The notes under the pieces were generated by a model. It saw only the letters and a list, made by a program, of their open reading frames with translations, did not search any database and was not told the DNA's origin. 64,000 nucleotides of DNA from Psilocybe cubensis. Its lineage: Eukaryota. This document shows, one piece after another, positions 38,561 to 50,455 of this stretch (position 1 is the stretch's first letter; every line of letters starts with the position of its first letter). Both the position numbers and the translations under genes were made by a program. The stretch covers positions 2,046,001-2,110,000 of the forward strand of contig CM039003.1 in NCBI GenBank assembly GCA_017499595.2, written 5' to 3'.

Positions 38561-39592
38561 ATGAACGTCCAGTTTATCAATAACTTGTCTAACGAGGCAG
38601 AGAATAATGTCGACCATGTCAGCCATGATCATACCCATGGATCTCATACCCATGGCGGACCTGGAGACCATGGACATACCCACGAACACATGGAAAATGC
38701 AGGGAAATATTCAGAACGCGACCTCCCTGACTATTCTTCTCGGAACTTTGAAGAAAGAGGCTTCACGGTTGGAATTGGAGGGTGAGTGTCGGTGTTGATA
38801 TAAACATCTAATACTGAGAAGCAAAATACAAGGCCTGTAGGCTCAGGAAAAACAGCATTGACACTCGAACTTTGCCGGAGACTCAGGAAGGAGTTTAACA
38901 TCGGTAATGGCGAAGCGTCGATATTTGCCTTTATATCTGATTCCTATTCGATAAGCCACGGTCACTAACGATATTTTTACTCGGGAGGATCAAGAGTTTT
39001 TGATCAAGAATAAGGCCCTCCCAACGGAACGCATCTTGGCTATTGAGACAGGAGGGTGTCCTCACGCAGCCATCAGAGAAGATATCAGTGCAAACATGGG
39101 CGCATTGGAGACCCTTCAAGCCAAATTCGAATGTCAGCTGCTTTTTGTGGAGAGTGGGGGCGACAATTTAGCTGCAAATTATTCACGCGAATTGGCCGAT
39201 TATATTATCTATGTGATTGATGTCGCTGTAAGTTTCTCTACACACACGATTCAAGAGAGCGCTAAACCAGGTAATCAGGGAGGTGATAAAATTCCTCGCA
39301 AAGGTGGTCCTGGAATTTCTCAATCCGATCTGCTCGTGATCAATAAGGTATCTAAGCATTTAATTTCTGAAGACTAGGAAAAACTAATGCCTGGAAGATT
39401 GACCTAGCTCCTCATGTCGGCGCATCTCTTGATGTTATGGACAGAGACGCGAAGCTGATGCGAGGTGATGGCCCGACAGTATTTACATCTGTCAGACAAG
39501 GTCAAGGGGTTGAAGATGTCGTGGCGCTAATTCTTGCTGCCTGGCGTCAAGCTGGGAGTCCCGGAAAAAATGTAGCTGTCGGAGAGCTCTAA
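38561..39592 (+). CDS. ureG: Urease accessory GTPase with His-rich N-terminus, multi-exon
   Basis: GIGGPVGSGKT P-loop, [33 protein letters not shown] and INKIDL. Confidence 0.97.
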
Positions 39593-39798
39593 GGTGAGAA
39601 TTAATTTTATGGAATAAATGCTATTTGTATCACAACAATCATTGGAACTGAGATAAACCTTTGTTGTCCAAGAAGAAATACATTGTAGCCAATCAGGGCA
39701 CAGCATGAAAATGATTGTACAAGTTAATGAAAATTGAAGTCCTATTGTGTCCACTATATTGAGGTCGACATGAAAATAAAATGTAGGAACCTTGATCA

Positions 39799-41705
39799 TC
39801 ACTGTTGGAAAATTTGTGAAATTTTTTTGCGAACTGCTTTAACAATTTTACGGGAGATTCCAATGAAAAGCTGCATCGTAGTACCCCTTTTCTGCAACAC
39901 CGCCGAGGCATTGCCATTATTGTTCGGGGATGTAGTACCGGCGCTTAATAGGGATATGGCAAGTTGTTCCTCAAATGACCACGTGGCTCCTAGCTCGCTG
40001 GTGCAATGTTTATGTTGTGTGGGATTGTTAATTTGTGGCTTCATGTTTCCCTTTGAATGTGAATAGTGATCCAGCCGTGTATACAATTGCAAGTCAGTCT
40101 CTTTACTGGGCCCCAATGTCTTCGGGAAGGTTTCCAATGGAAGGTGCAGACCTGAGTCATTGAAATCCCCTTCAACTTTCCCAGATCCTGTTTCGAATTC
40201 CATATCGCCAAAATCAGTCTGTGGATATCTTTTGGTACCATCGTTGCATATGCGCGCAGGAGATGCTGTGTACAGCCAGGGTTTGGCGCTACATATGCTG
40301 TGTCCTTCGCCAATAGATTGATTTATTGCATTGGGTACAAGAAAAGAATCCAGCAAATTTCTTTGTTCAATGGCACCAAAGTCATTGCCACAATTCAAGT
40401 GGTCGGGTTCAGATGAATTGTTGAGGACATTCTCGAATGGTCTGTGCAAACCCCATGCTGAAGAAATGTGGGGAGACGTCATGTTTTTGTGTGTTTCAGA
40501 GGCGTCAGACCACGTCTCGGCGTTTGGAATTTCTTGGTATATGGTGACGTTCCCGAATTCATATGAGTTTGGTAATTCGAAATCATTGGAGGAGGGTGTC
40601 TGTCCGGCTGAATAGAAATGGGCTAACTTAGGTGGGTGAGGACATGGAGGTGTATGTCGCAAAGATTCGATATTTCCCCATATTCCAATTAAGGGATCAA
40701 AGAAGGGATGTAATTTGACCTGTTTTCCGCACATTCGGAGTTCTGGGTCGCGAACGAGGAGCTTAGAAAATATGTTCTATCAAGCACATGCCAAATGTAA
40801 AAACCTGCAGAAAAGTACTTACTAGACCCAGAAAATCCCAGAACCCATTGCCATTTTGTTTCCTGTGATCAGACTGTTCTCCGAGAAGTTCTTCGATACA
40901 TGCTGGCAAGTTATCCTCTTTTTCAAAGAATAATTGACCTGTGGCAATCGCGTAAAGGGTGACGCCCAGGCTCCACCAATCAACACGTTCATCGTATTCT
41001 AACGATGCGTCAAGTCTTGTTTTCATAAGCTCTGGAGCGGCGTAGATAGGTGTCAAGTTAATGACTGTGTCCAACATTTTGATTTTACCGAAGGTTCTTT
41101 TCATTTTGGTAGGTGAAGACAAATCCCGTAATTCAACAACAGGGAGCATCCTCGCAGTTGCAAAGTTGCTGAGAACTATATGGCCATCCCTGGAGACCAT
41201 AAGGTTCTCAGGCTTTACGTCCTGATGGACTATTCCAAACCGATGTATGAAAGAAATTCCAAGGTAGATTTCAGCTGCTAGGATCCGTAACGCCTGGATT
41301 ATTGTCTCTGTAATATTGTTTAACATATTCGGATCTGTAATCAGCTTCGTGTTGAAAGGGCGAATTGATAGGGGCAGACCTGATTGCAAATTTTGCCTTA
41401 GACAAAGAGTGCTGTACACTTCTGGATTCATGAGACTGGTTGGGTGATTATCCTGGATGAAATGAGCGCGATATTAGACGGTTGGATGATTTATGTCTCA
41501 CCAAAACTATACGAGGTTCAACGTAGTCCTTGAAACATTCCATTATCACTCTCTGGACAAACGGGGAGGGGTTCTTAGTAGAAGAAGTGATCTTGTAGAT
41601 TTGTATTTCTCTCGAGAATCGTGCGTCATCTACCAGCGACCTCATCGCAAAGACACGGGGATTCGATTCAATGAATCCGTGCACCTCGTAGTCTAAAGGA
41701 AACAT
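39799..41705 (-). CDS. Protein kinase-like protein (AGC-like fold) with degenerate catalytic motifs; 5' end unresolved
   Basis: HQDVKPENL, YAAPE, VDWWSLGV and LLVRDPELR..KLHPFF are present, but VAIK reads FAMR and DFG reads NFA. Confidence 0.75.
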
Positions 41706-42440
41706 TCTTCAAAAACGGATTGGTAAACGTTTAGAATATGCAGAGGTAAGATTTGATAACGCACCGCTTATACATATGCGTTGTAGAGAACATATCCTCC
41801 ATAAAAGATGATAGAATGTATGTTAACCACCAAACCCAAACGTTGCACTTAGAGAAGGATAACACTGAGGAATCAGATAAAGGGGCGGTTTTGAGAGTAT
41901 CGGTCAAATAATGCAACGGGGCAGTATCACTCCATCGAGAAATGATCTGACGTTATAGAGCCTGGGCACGGGTTCATAGGGCAATAAGACGGCGAAGTTC
42001 GTCGATAGGAGGTTTCGGGAGTCCAATATACAATTTCGAAGCACCCACTTTGCACCCACTGGTCACAGCTGAATGACCAGGCCATTGAAGCATGTCCCAT
42101 GCGAATGACATTTGAATTGCACATTCAATCATCATCGAGTTGGATTACATTGATAATTAGGGTTGCCAAACTTGAGCCCTCAATAGAGACTTGCGGTTGC
42201 ATGCCAAGATATAACTACTTAGACGCTCAGTGACGGTGAGTTGGTGACACCACGACCCTGAAAGTGGCAGTGCATTTATTCGGTATCTTGACCCTTGAAC
42301 TCGGGCACGTGACGTCATAATTGAATGTGCCACTGTAGTGTGGCCTTGGACAAGTCTTGAAACCCAGTCTTAACCATCGCGTTGGTGTTAACACCTCTAC
42401 TTTGTCAGACATATTGAAGCGCACATACAATCAAGGCGGG

Positions 42441-43808
42441 ATGCAAGTCATCGACGTCCCCACTTCGACTTTACAGGCTCCCCCTATGGCGACACCGTCC
42501 ATTGGTCCTGACGCCAAATCATACACTATTATTCGTATCAAAAGAAAGAGGAATGAAGAACCACTGGATGCATTAGGTTAATACACCCTTAAAACATTCC
42601 TTATGGTTCTGATCATATATCTACAGTTGTTGAATCGCGAGTCCGGCGGAAAAAGTCTCGAGGTGGCATAGGTGTCTTCCAATACGCCCAAACAGTTGAG
42701 GACGATGTTTGGGATGATATGAACAGGAGAAAAGACATACAGGTTCGATGTCCTGCATCATTCCTCCGCATAACCTTCCCAACCACCTTTGTAGGAAAAT
42801 ATATCAAATCTAGCTCGCGAAACCGCGGCAAAACTGGAATCGAATGCCACATTACCGTCTATCACTGAAGTTCCACCGTCCCCTATTTCACGGAAAACTC
42901 AAGAAGAAGTTGCTCGTAGATATACTATCGTTGATCAGGCAGATCCGATCCAGGCTGCCAGACGCTTGCCAGCAGCCCCGTATGTTTTGCAGCGCGCTTC
43001 TATCAGTTGAATCTAATCCGATGGATTAACATCCCAGGCCGAAAGTTTTATCTTCTAAGGAGGTTGCAAAAAACAAAGCATTGGCCGACTTTAAGATGTA
43101 CGACGCCATTCCAACTGACCAGCAGCCAGCAATCATGGAAGAGCCTTCAGAGATGGATAAATTTCTCCCGATGTTAAATGATTATTTGAAAAGTAGGTAC
43201 TTCCTATCCATTATACAACAACTTAACACTTAATCCACCAGTTCATAACTTGAACTCGACTGCCGACAAAGCTTTGTCGCCTCTCACTAGTTCGAAGTTA
43301 AATGAAACAAAGAGCAATTCACAGACATCATCGGACGATGATTATGTTTGGGATGTTTTCTATCATCGACCAGCAACTTTGAGTGAATGGAATGAGGTTT
43401 CAAATATTGCTTCTGTGCACGTATATTGGTTTTATATGTCGGCATTTCTCTTACACCATGATTTGTAGTACTGGACTTCCACCATCCTTCGGAGATGGCT
43501 ATGACTCCGACGAAGAATCCGATGAAGAGGTAGATGAGGCAGATGAAGACTCAAATGGTTGGTTATTTTTATTTCCGATTTGCGTGAACAATCTTCCCCT
43601 GACTAAAAAGTGCAGCCGAGGAGTATTATAAAAATGATTACCCCGAAGACGAAGACGAAGACGAGAGCGACAGTGGTAAAATCTCACATGCCCTGCAAAT
43701 TGTGAAGCAAATTTAATTGATATTGTCCCAGGGGACGAATTCCATGATGACTCTGATTACGATGACATGATGGACTATCGAAATAGCGCAGAGCAATTCA
43801 ACTTTTGA
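42441..43808 (+). CDS. IWR1: RNA polymerase II nuclear import factor Iwr1-like, multi-exon
   Basis: IIRIKRKRNEEPLDAL N-terminus, DDYVWDVFY, and acidic DEDSNAEEYYKNDYPED. Confidence 0.85.
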
Positions 43809-44043
43809 AGGCTCTCCCTTTCATTCTGCGGAAGTCTGTTACATATGAGCACACAACGACTATATACCACTTTAATCAACATGTACATTGCCCACATTCA
43901 CATCCAATCTCCGATCAATTCATGTTTTCATCTCTTTATACAAACATTCGGACCGGTCCTGTGATATGTTTTGCTGCTTAATTATCGGATTCGACAAGCT
44001 AGTCGAAATCGCATTAACTACTGTAAACCACAACTGGATAACG

Positions 44044-45888
44044 TTATTTGCTTACGGTGGACTTGAGGAGCTTCGAACTTTTATGTTTGCCGAAATTCAG
44101 CAGGCCAAAGAAAGAAAGTAGAGTCAAGAAGATTAGCATAAGCGTTAGACTGACTGTTGCCCCGATAAAGCCAGCGGCGACAGGATTGACAGGGTCGCGA
44201 TGGGTGATGGAGGAGCTGCTAGCATTTGCAACGGCTACGTAATTTGCGCAACCTCTATCCTGATGGTTATTGCATACGGTGCACCAAGTAGGAATGTCAG
44301 ACAATGCAACGGACTGCAAGGCTATGTAATCAACAGTGGCGAACAAAGAAGCATAGAAACTGACCTGCATGGTGTTGATGAAAGTAGAGACAGGAACATC
44401 AGTGGTAGCATTCATGAAAACATATGTATTAAACTGGTCGTTGGTGCCGTTTTTGAATTTGAATCGAATGACAGGTTCACCCCCTTCGGTTGGTTGCCTG
44501 ACCTCGAATGCAGCCGCGGAAGCGTAATCCACTTGTAATGCGAGATGATCAGTTTTGGTTTTTCTTATTCACAAAAGTGATACACACCAATTCCTGCGAT
44601 CTGAGGATTTTGCCGGGCAATTCCAGTCATGTTAAAGAGAGAAAGAAATGGTTTATATGAAATAGCCTCGAGCACAAATTTGAGAGGGCTGGTTGGATTT
44701 ATGATATTTTTGAAGCCATCGATGATGGAGGGAAGGATAGTTTGGCCCGCAACTAATCAGCAATGGATAGGTCAATCTTTCAAAATCCATTTTAATGCAC
44801 ACTATAACAATGACCTACTATTCCCAATACCATTTAGTTGAGGAGAGGTGAAAACACCTTGTTCGTGAAAATTTGCAAGGGCTCTAACCTGTTCGAGTAA
44901 CCCCTCCGGAAGTTGCTTGGCAAAAGTACTATTGTGGATAAGTTGAACATTAATGAAGTCGAAGATCTAGTCAAGCATGTCAATGACTTGAAGGGAATGA
45001 ACGGTCGAATAGGCCAATCCAAAAAAATATATTCACATTCCACTATGATTTATGAGTTAATACTTTTCACGACAAAAGGAGTGCACGAACTATATCCGTC
45101 AAGGTCGCGGGTCTGTTGTCCAAATATTGTGGAAGTGATTTTATGAAATTAGCATAGGCTGCCTCGGTTTCTTTAAATATAGGGGAGTTGTAAAATGCGT
45201 TCGTGGCTTCTATGAACGTCTAATGAGTGAAGTTGAGGTTAACTGAACAACTTATCAGAATGTTAAAAGGAAGAACACACTCCGCAATCGGCCCATCCCT
45301 CCAAAGAAATGTCATTATCAGGCTCGACAGACTCAACTTCAGGTGGAGTCAAAATTTCGTATGACAACAGGCTGGCGGATTCACCTACTTGGCACGGTTT
45401 GATACCCACCCAAAGGTGCCACAACAACTGTACCATTTGCGAGAGTACTGTTGTAATTTGGAGTCGGAGGGAAGAGACCCTGAAGGAGAGACACCGCAGA
45501 ATTGAAAATGACACCACGTTCACCTCCACCATCCGCGCGAATGTGGATCTGGGAATCTTGAACTAGATCTGGGTCGATCGATGAGATAAACGAAGGCGAG
45601 GAGGGACTAAGGTATATGCTCCTAATCAGTTCACCGAGTTCAAATGATTGCAACTAGCACTGAAGTTCAGTATATACAAGTCGCAAAGATCTGCATAAAG
45701 GCGGGGACTTACATTTCCGAGAGCAGTAATGCCAGTGTTGGAAGAACTATAATCAATTGGATCTTGATAAAAACCTATCCGTAACACTATAGATCAATAC
45801 TTAAGGAATTAATATCAGCAGTACCTTGTCTATCTCCGTGACGGATAAGAATGACAACACCAAGAACCTTGCTATCTGATGTCGCCAT
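44044..45888 (-). CDS. Histidine acid phosphatase family (branch 2) protein with C-terminal TM helix, multi-exon
   Basis: VLGVVILIRHGDR signature, conserved Cys residues and a hydrophobic AGFIGATVSLTLMLIFLTLLSFFG tail. Confidence 0.88.
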
Positions 45889-46315
45889 GGTTGGAAAAGG
45901 ATCGTCTTGGAGGAGTAGAGAATCAAAGAAGCGATACTAGAGAAGAAACGCTAAAGACTGCGCTTATAACCTAGGTCTTTCCTCCAATAGGAACGACAAT
46001 GCATGTGTGCACGGCGATGTTATATATATAGATATTGTGAGGTTGTGGTTATTTTAGTAGTTCACGAAGGAAGGCGGAGGTTCCGCGCGTGTCCTACTTC
46101 TGACTATCTTAGTCATTAAGGAAAGCGTATGTAGACAAATCCTTCATGGTCTATTTTGCGTAGATAGCCAATATGAATCAGTCAATATAAAAGCAAAATC
46201 AGTTTGCATGCAAATTTTGAAGAAATGGATACATGTTGGATCCACTCTGTGTATACCGTTTGACCGATGATGACCGTCTGCCGTGCGGAGCGGCACCTTT
46301 TAGACCAAAATATGT

Positions 46316-48525
46316 TCAAAGAGTCCCACCAACAGAAGCCATGGTCTAATAATAATGTCACATGAGTATGTCAAGTTGGAATTGCCCTGATGGAGAGGAC
46401 TAACAAAAGATTCACTTACAAAGGGTGATGCGGTGGGACCATCAAGAATAGCCAATTCCTCTCTACTGAAAGGTAATTTGGGAATCATGAATGTGCGAAT
46501 GGGCAGGAGGAGCATGATGATGACTGGAAATCCAATGGCGGCTGCGAAGTAATAATATCAGTGCAGGTACATTGGAGCGGTCATAAATTCATCACCGATT
46601 GTTTGTGTGACAGCAAATGTTGCCCCGAAGCCTACTAATTGGACTCCTATGAAGAGGATTATCCTCGATTTACGGACTCTACGGAGTGGCTCATGTGTGG
46701 ACGTAAGTGCTTTGTCTTGAAAGAGATATAGGATTTTTTGTGTTATTCCATTCGCACGTAGCGCCGCAGCCCCCATGTACCAACTTGACGTGCCATTAGA
46801 ATGGTTTAATATGTAATAAATCGATCCACTCACAACAAGCCGGCAAGAACTCCGCGAGGAATCAGGTGCAGCAGATGAAGAAATGGACCTGTAAGTAGTA
46901 CAAGACACAGACTACCTTGTGCAAGGTTTGAGAGTCTCTGCTCAACGACACTCACAGGTACCTCACGCCTATGTCCACTAGGTGGGTCAGAAGGGTGCTG
47001 TGAGAACTGTTCATTGATCGAAGATTGTCTCTGAGATTGTATATCTGACTGAGTTCGTGTGCGAGAACTTGTAGTCCCTTGACCTTCCTCATCTTTTAGG
47101 CTTGGACCCATCACCGTCAAAGAGGTAGTATGGATAGGTGCCTGGGGTATAAGTCCATTGGGAGCTGGGAGCCCCAAGATTCCAGCCAGAAAGGTTGTGA
47201 TACCAAGCAAGAAAAAATCATAGTGGAATCCTGGAGGTTTTCGCAGAGGAAATTCCGATCCTTGAGCCATCAGGGACTAGCGTTGGAATAAGCATCAAGT
47301 ATTTGCCAATACATGGTTTGAAATGTACCCACAGAAACATTGTGGTCAAAGAAAAAGAGGACCCAAAGAATGAATCCAAACGGAAATGCGATTCCAACCC
47401 ATTTTCCATCCAGCTCCCAAAACTTTACAAGCCAGCCTCTGCCGCCCGCAGCCTGGAATGCATGACCAGTTGGGAGAGTCAGTGGGTTTGCTGCATTGAA
47501 GCGACCCCAGTACGCCATTGCCGAAGATGCGATGAGAGATATTGGCATACCGTAGTCTGCCAAGAATCGGCGTATATGCCTATGGAAATACTGTGTCTGT
47601 GACAAAGAATCAAACAAAAATGCCGTGACCAGCATAAGAATGGCGAGTATTATAGAAACTAGGGCCCCTTGCTCTTCTATCGAATCTTGTATTGTGGGTC
47701 CAAATTGGCGTGTGAGGACTTGAATGCCATATTGAAGGTATACCCATGAAACATAGAATCCAAAAGTGTCACATGAGAAGAGGGTGACATATTTGAGGAA
47801 GTTGCAGACTGTTGGCTCGTTAAGAATTGTAGCTAAATTGGACGAGGATAGAATTCTATATTTACTCACAATTAAGTAGTGCGGTTATCCAATGGAGAAT
47901 CGCCGCCCATAGATACACCCACCCTATGAAGTGAAGGTAAACTGGTGGTTTCGGTTCTCGCGAAAGAATATCAAATATGGTTTTGTTGAATACAGTTATG
48001 GGACCTTAAGGGCGAGAATGAGTTTATCGATAGTTTAAAAACTTGATTTGGTATACCTGTTACTCCTGCAATTGTCAGTGGTTGTGCACCAAAAATTGAA
48101 AACACGAAGGCAGCCATAAATGACGACATTAAGACTTCGGAAACCCCATATTGTTCGGTGGTTTCTATCAGGTCCAAAGAGAAGGCTATACCAGGAAGAA
48201 CGCTGTACGCGACGGTTTAATAAATGGCAAAGAACGGCATGTAAACATACTTTGCAAAGAAAATCAAAGCGGTTGCGGGTATCACTCTATAATTCCATGC
48301 ATCCTTCCAATCGCTCATGTACCATGGAGCCCTAGCACGTATGTCGAGTATGATGCCTGAGCCGATTTGTCTAAACCATGATAATCGGTTTCGGTTGATT
48401 CGAAGTGTCGCGTATGGTGTATTAGGATCATGTAGGTTCTTTGGCTCAGATTCTAACAGTGTAGATGTATTTTGTGATGCAACTTGGATGGGACTGGAAT
48501 TTGAAGTGATTTCCTCTAATGTCAT
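46316..48525 (-). CDS. BOR1: SLC4/HCO3- cotransporter family borate transporter, multi-exon
   Basis: RAPWYMSDW, GAQPLTIAGVTGP, FFFDHNVS, KPPGFHYDF, NGLIPQAPIHT and EQRLSNLAQG. Confidence 0.93.
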
Positions 48526-48812
48526 TGTGAGGTCTAGACTTTCAGGTTCTCCTTTTGTCCAGAATGATTGGAAGGGTACAAACTCCAGAGAAAACTTTAA
48601 ATCTAGAGTCAACCGAATGATAGTGATGGTATGTTCAGAAAAGATGAGGAGAAAGCAGATTTCTACATGCCCATCATAATATGTGCACACTGCAAAGTAG
48701 ACCAACAGGCCTTGCAGCAGTTTGCAGGAGTCGACACGCTGGCATCCGACTTATGTAAGCGTCGAGTGTGCCAAATGTTCAAAGTTCTCAACCTTCTTTA
48801 TCTGGGAATACC

Positions 48813-50258
48813 ATGGCTGTTCATTTTTATTTCAAGTTTCAGAAATTCCTTGTTATATTCGGTGGACTATATCTATCACTTGTTTTACTCCTATGCATCC
48901 CCTATTTTCAATCCCAGTAATCGCTGTGTTCTATCACTGCGTATGCAATGATTCTGACTTACTGAATTGACCCTTGGACTGCAGTGCTCTATATCTTAAC
49001 GCAGTCAAGTTACCGCTATTTGCTGACTTCGATACACCTGAAAAATATGGCTTGGCTCGTGAGTCGATGATTTTTCTAACCAAGTTGCAAGTTTAGTTCT
49101 CACCTCGGATGTAAAATATAGCAAATAGGACTCTCAATTTCAAGATAATAACCCCTGACAATGAATCTATTGGCGCTTGGTTCATTTTGTCTGATAAATA
49201 TTACCAAAGTCTTCCTTCCATACCCTCCGTTGTTGAGGATCATATTGCTCCTGCACTCAAACAACACCCAGTAATACTCTTTTTGCATGGCAACGCAGCA
49301 ACTAGGGCCTTTAGTGCACGTATACAGCATTATCAAGCCTTCTCAACAAGATTGGGAGCCAATGTGTTGGCTATTGACTATCGAGGATTTGCAGATAGCA
49401 CCGGCAAGCCCTCCGAATCAGGGCTTGTAACTGATGCAGCTTCTGCTTTCCAGTGGCTTATTACCCAGGGAAAGAATCCAGAAGATATCTTAATCGTGGG
49501 TCATAGTTTAGGTACTGGCGTCTCAGGACAACTCGGTGCAAGGCTATCAAATAATGGAGTCAAGTGCAAGGGTATCGTACTTCTGTCTGTGAGTTTTCCT
49601 ATAACTTTTTCCATTATTCGATGACGATCGCTATTTTACCAGCCATTCTCAAGTATACAAGACGTCTTACAAACTTATAATTTGTTTGGGATTATACCGT
49701 TAATCAAGCCCATCGCTGTAATTCCTGGAGCGGCACGTAAGTTCTAAACAGCATCAACCTAATAATCGCTCATACATCTCGGTGGTTTACCCAGAAATCG
49801 TTAAAATGGCTGTTGTCCATCGCTTTGATACTCTCAAAGCAGTACCAGTAAGCGCATTCTCGCTTGATATTCTAATTGATATTATTCAAAATTACTAGAA
49901 CATCACTTCTTCCATCCTCATCGCGCATGCTGAAAATGATTGGGACATTCCGCACACACATTCCGACATTCTCTTCCAGGCCTTTCTGGAGCCCCATCTT
50001 CCGGCTGTAGATATGCCTACCGACCCACTTACGATAAGCCAAGAAGTGTGGGATATTATTTCAAAGCAAAGTGAAGCCAGACGTTTTAAACGGAACCAAA
50101 TTCTCTCTAGCAAGACGATCCCAAACTTTGGCACGATAGATCAGTTTGTTGACGGGCCAAGGAAGGTGGCGTTAGTCAAAACTCTTGCAGGAGGGCATGA
50201 CTACCTTGGTGTGCAAGAAGGGCTCATTGATATCATTGCCAGGAACTTTGAGTTATAA
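48813..50258 (+). CDS. ABHD12/ABHD13-like alpha/beta hydrolase with N-terminal TM anchor, multi-exon
   Basis: LFLHGNA, IDYRGFADSTG, GHSLGTG nucleophile elbow, HAENDWDIP and GGHD. Confidence 0.9.
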
Positions 50259-50455
50259 AGGCCAACGATGATTGTGAATATATGTATAATTGAATACAGT
50301 CCATTAGGCTCAGCCAATGGTTAATGTAGTGATGAATCTTACTTGAACTAAAAGTAGACCTCCAGCGCGCGTCATATGTTTAAAAAGGCCCAGAAACACG
50401 TGCATGTCGTCATTGATATTTAACCACCGTGTAGGATCCGCGTTCCTTTTCACTG

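Noticed and set aside
22588-41705. Secondary-metabolite cluster (P450 + methyltransferase + kinase, psilocybin-like)
   Set aside because: No core synthase or decarboxylase. The methyltransferase is METTL25-like rather than PsiM-like, and the kinase has a protein-kinase fold rather than PsiK. The neighbours are housekeeping genes.
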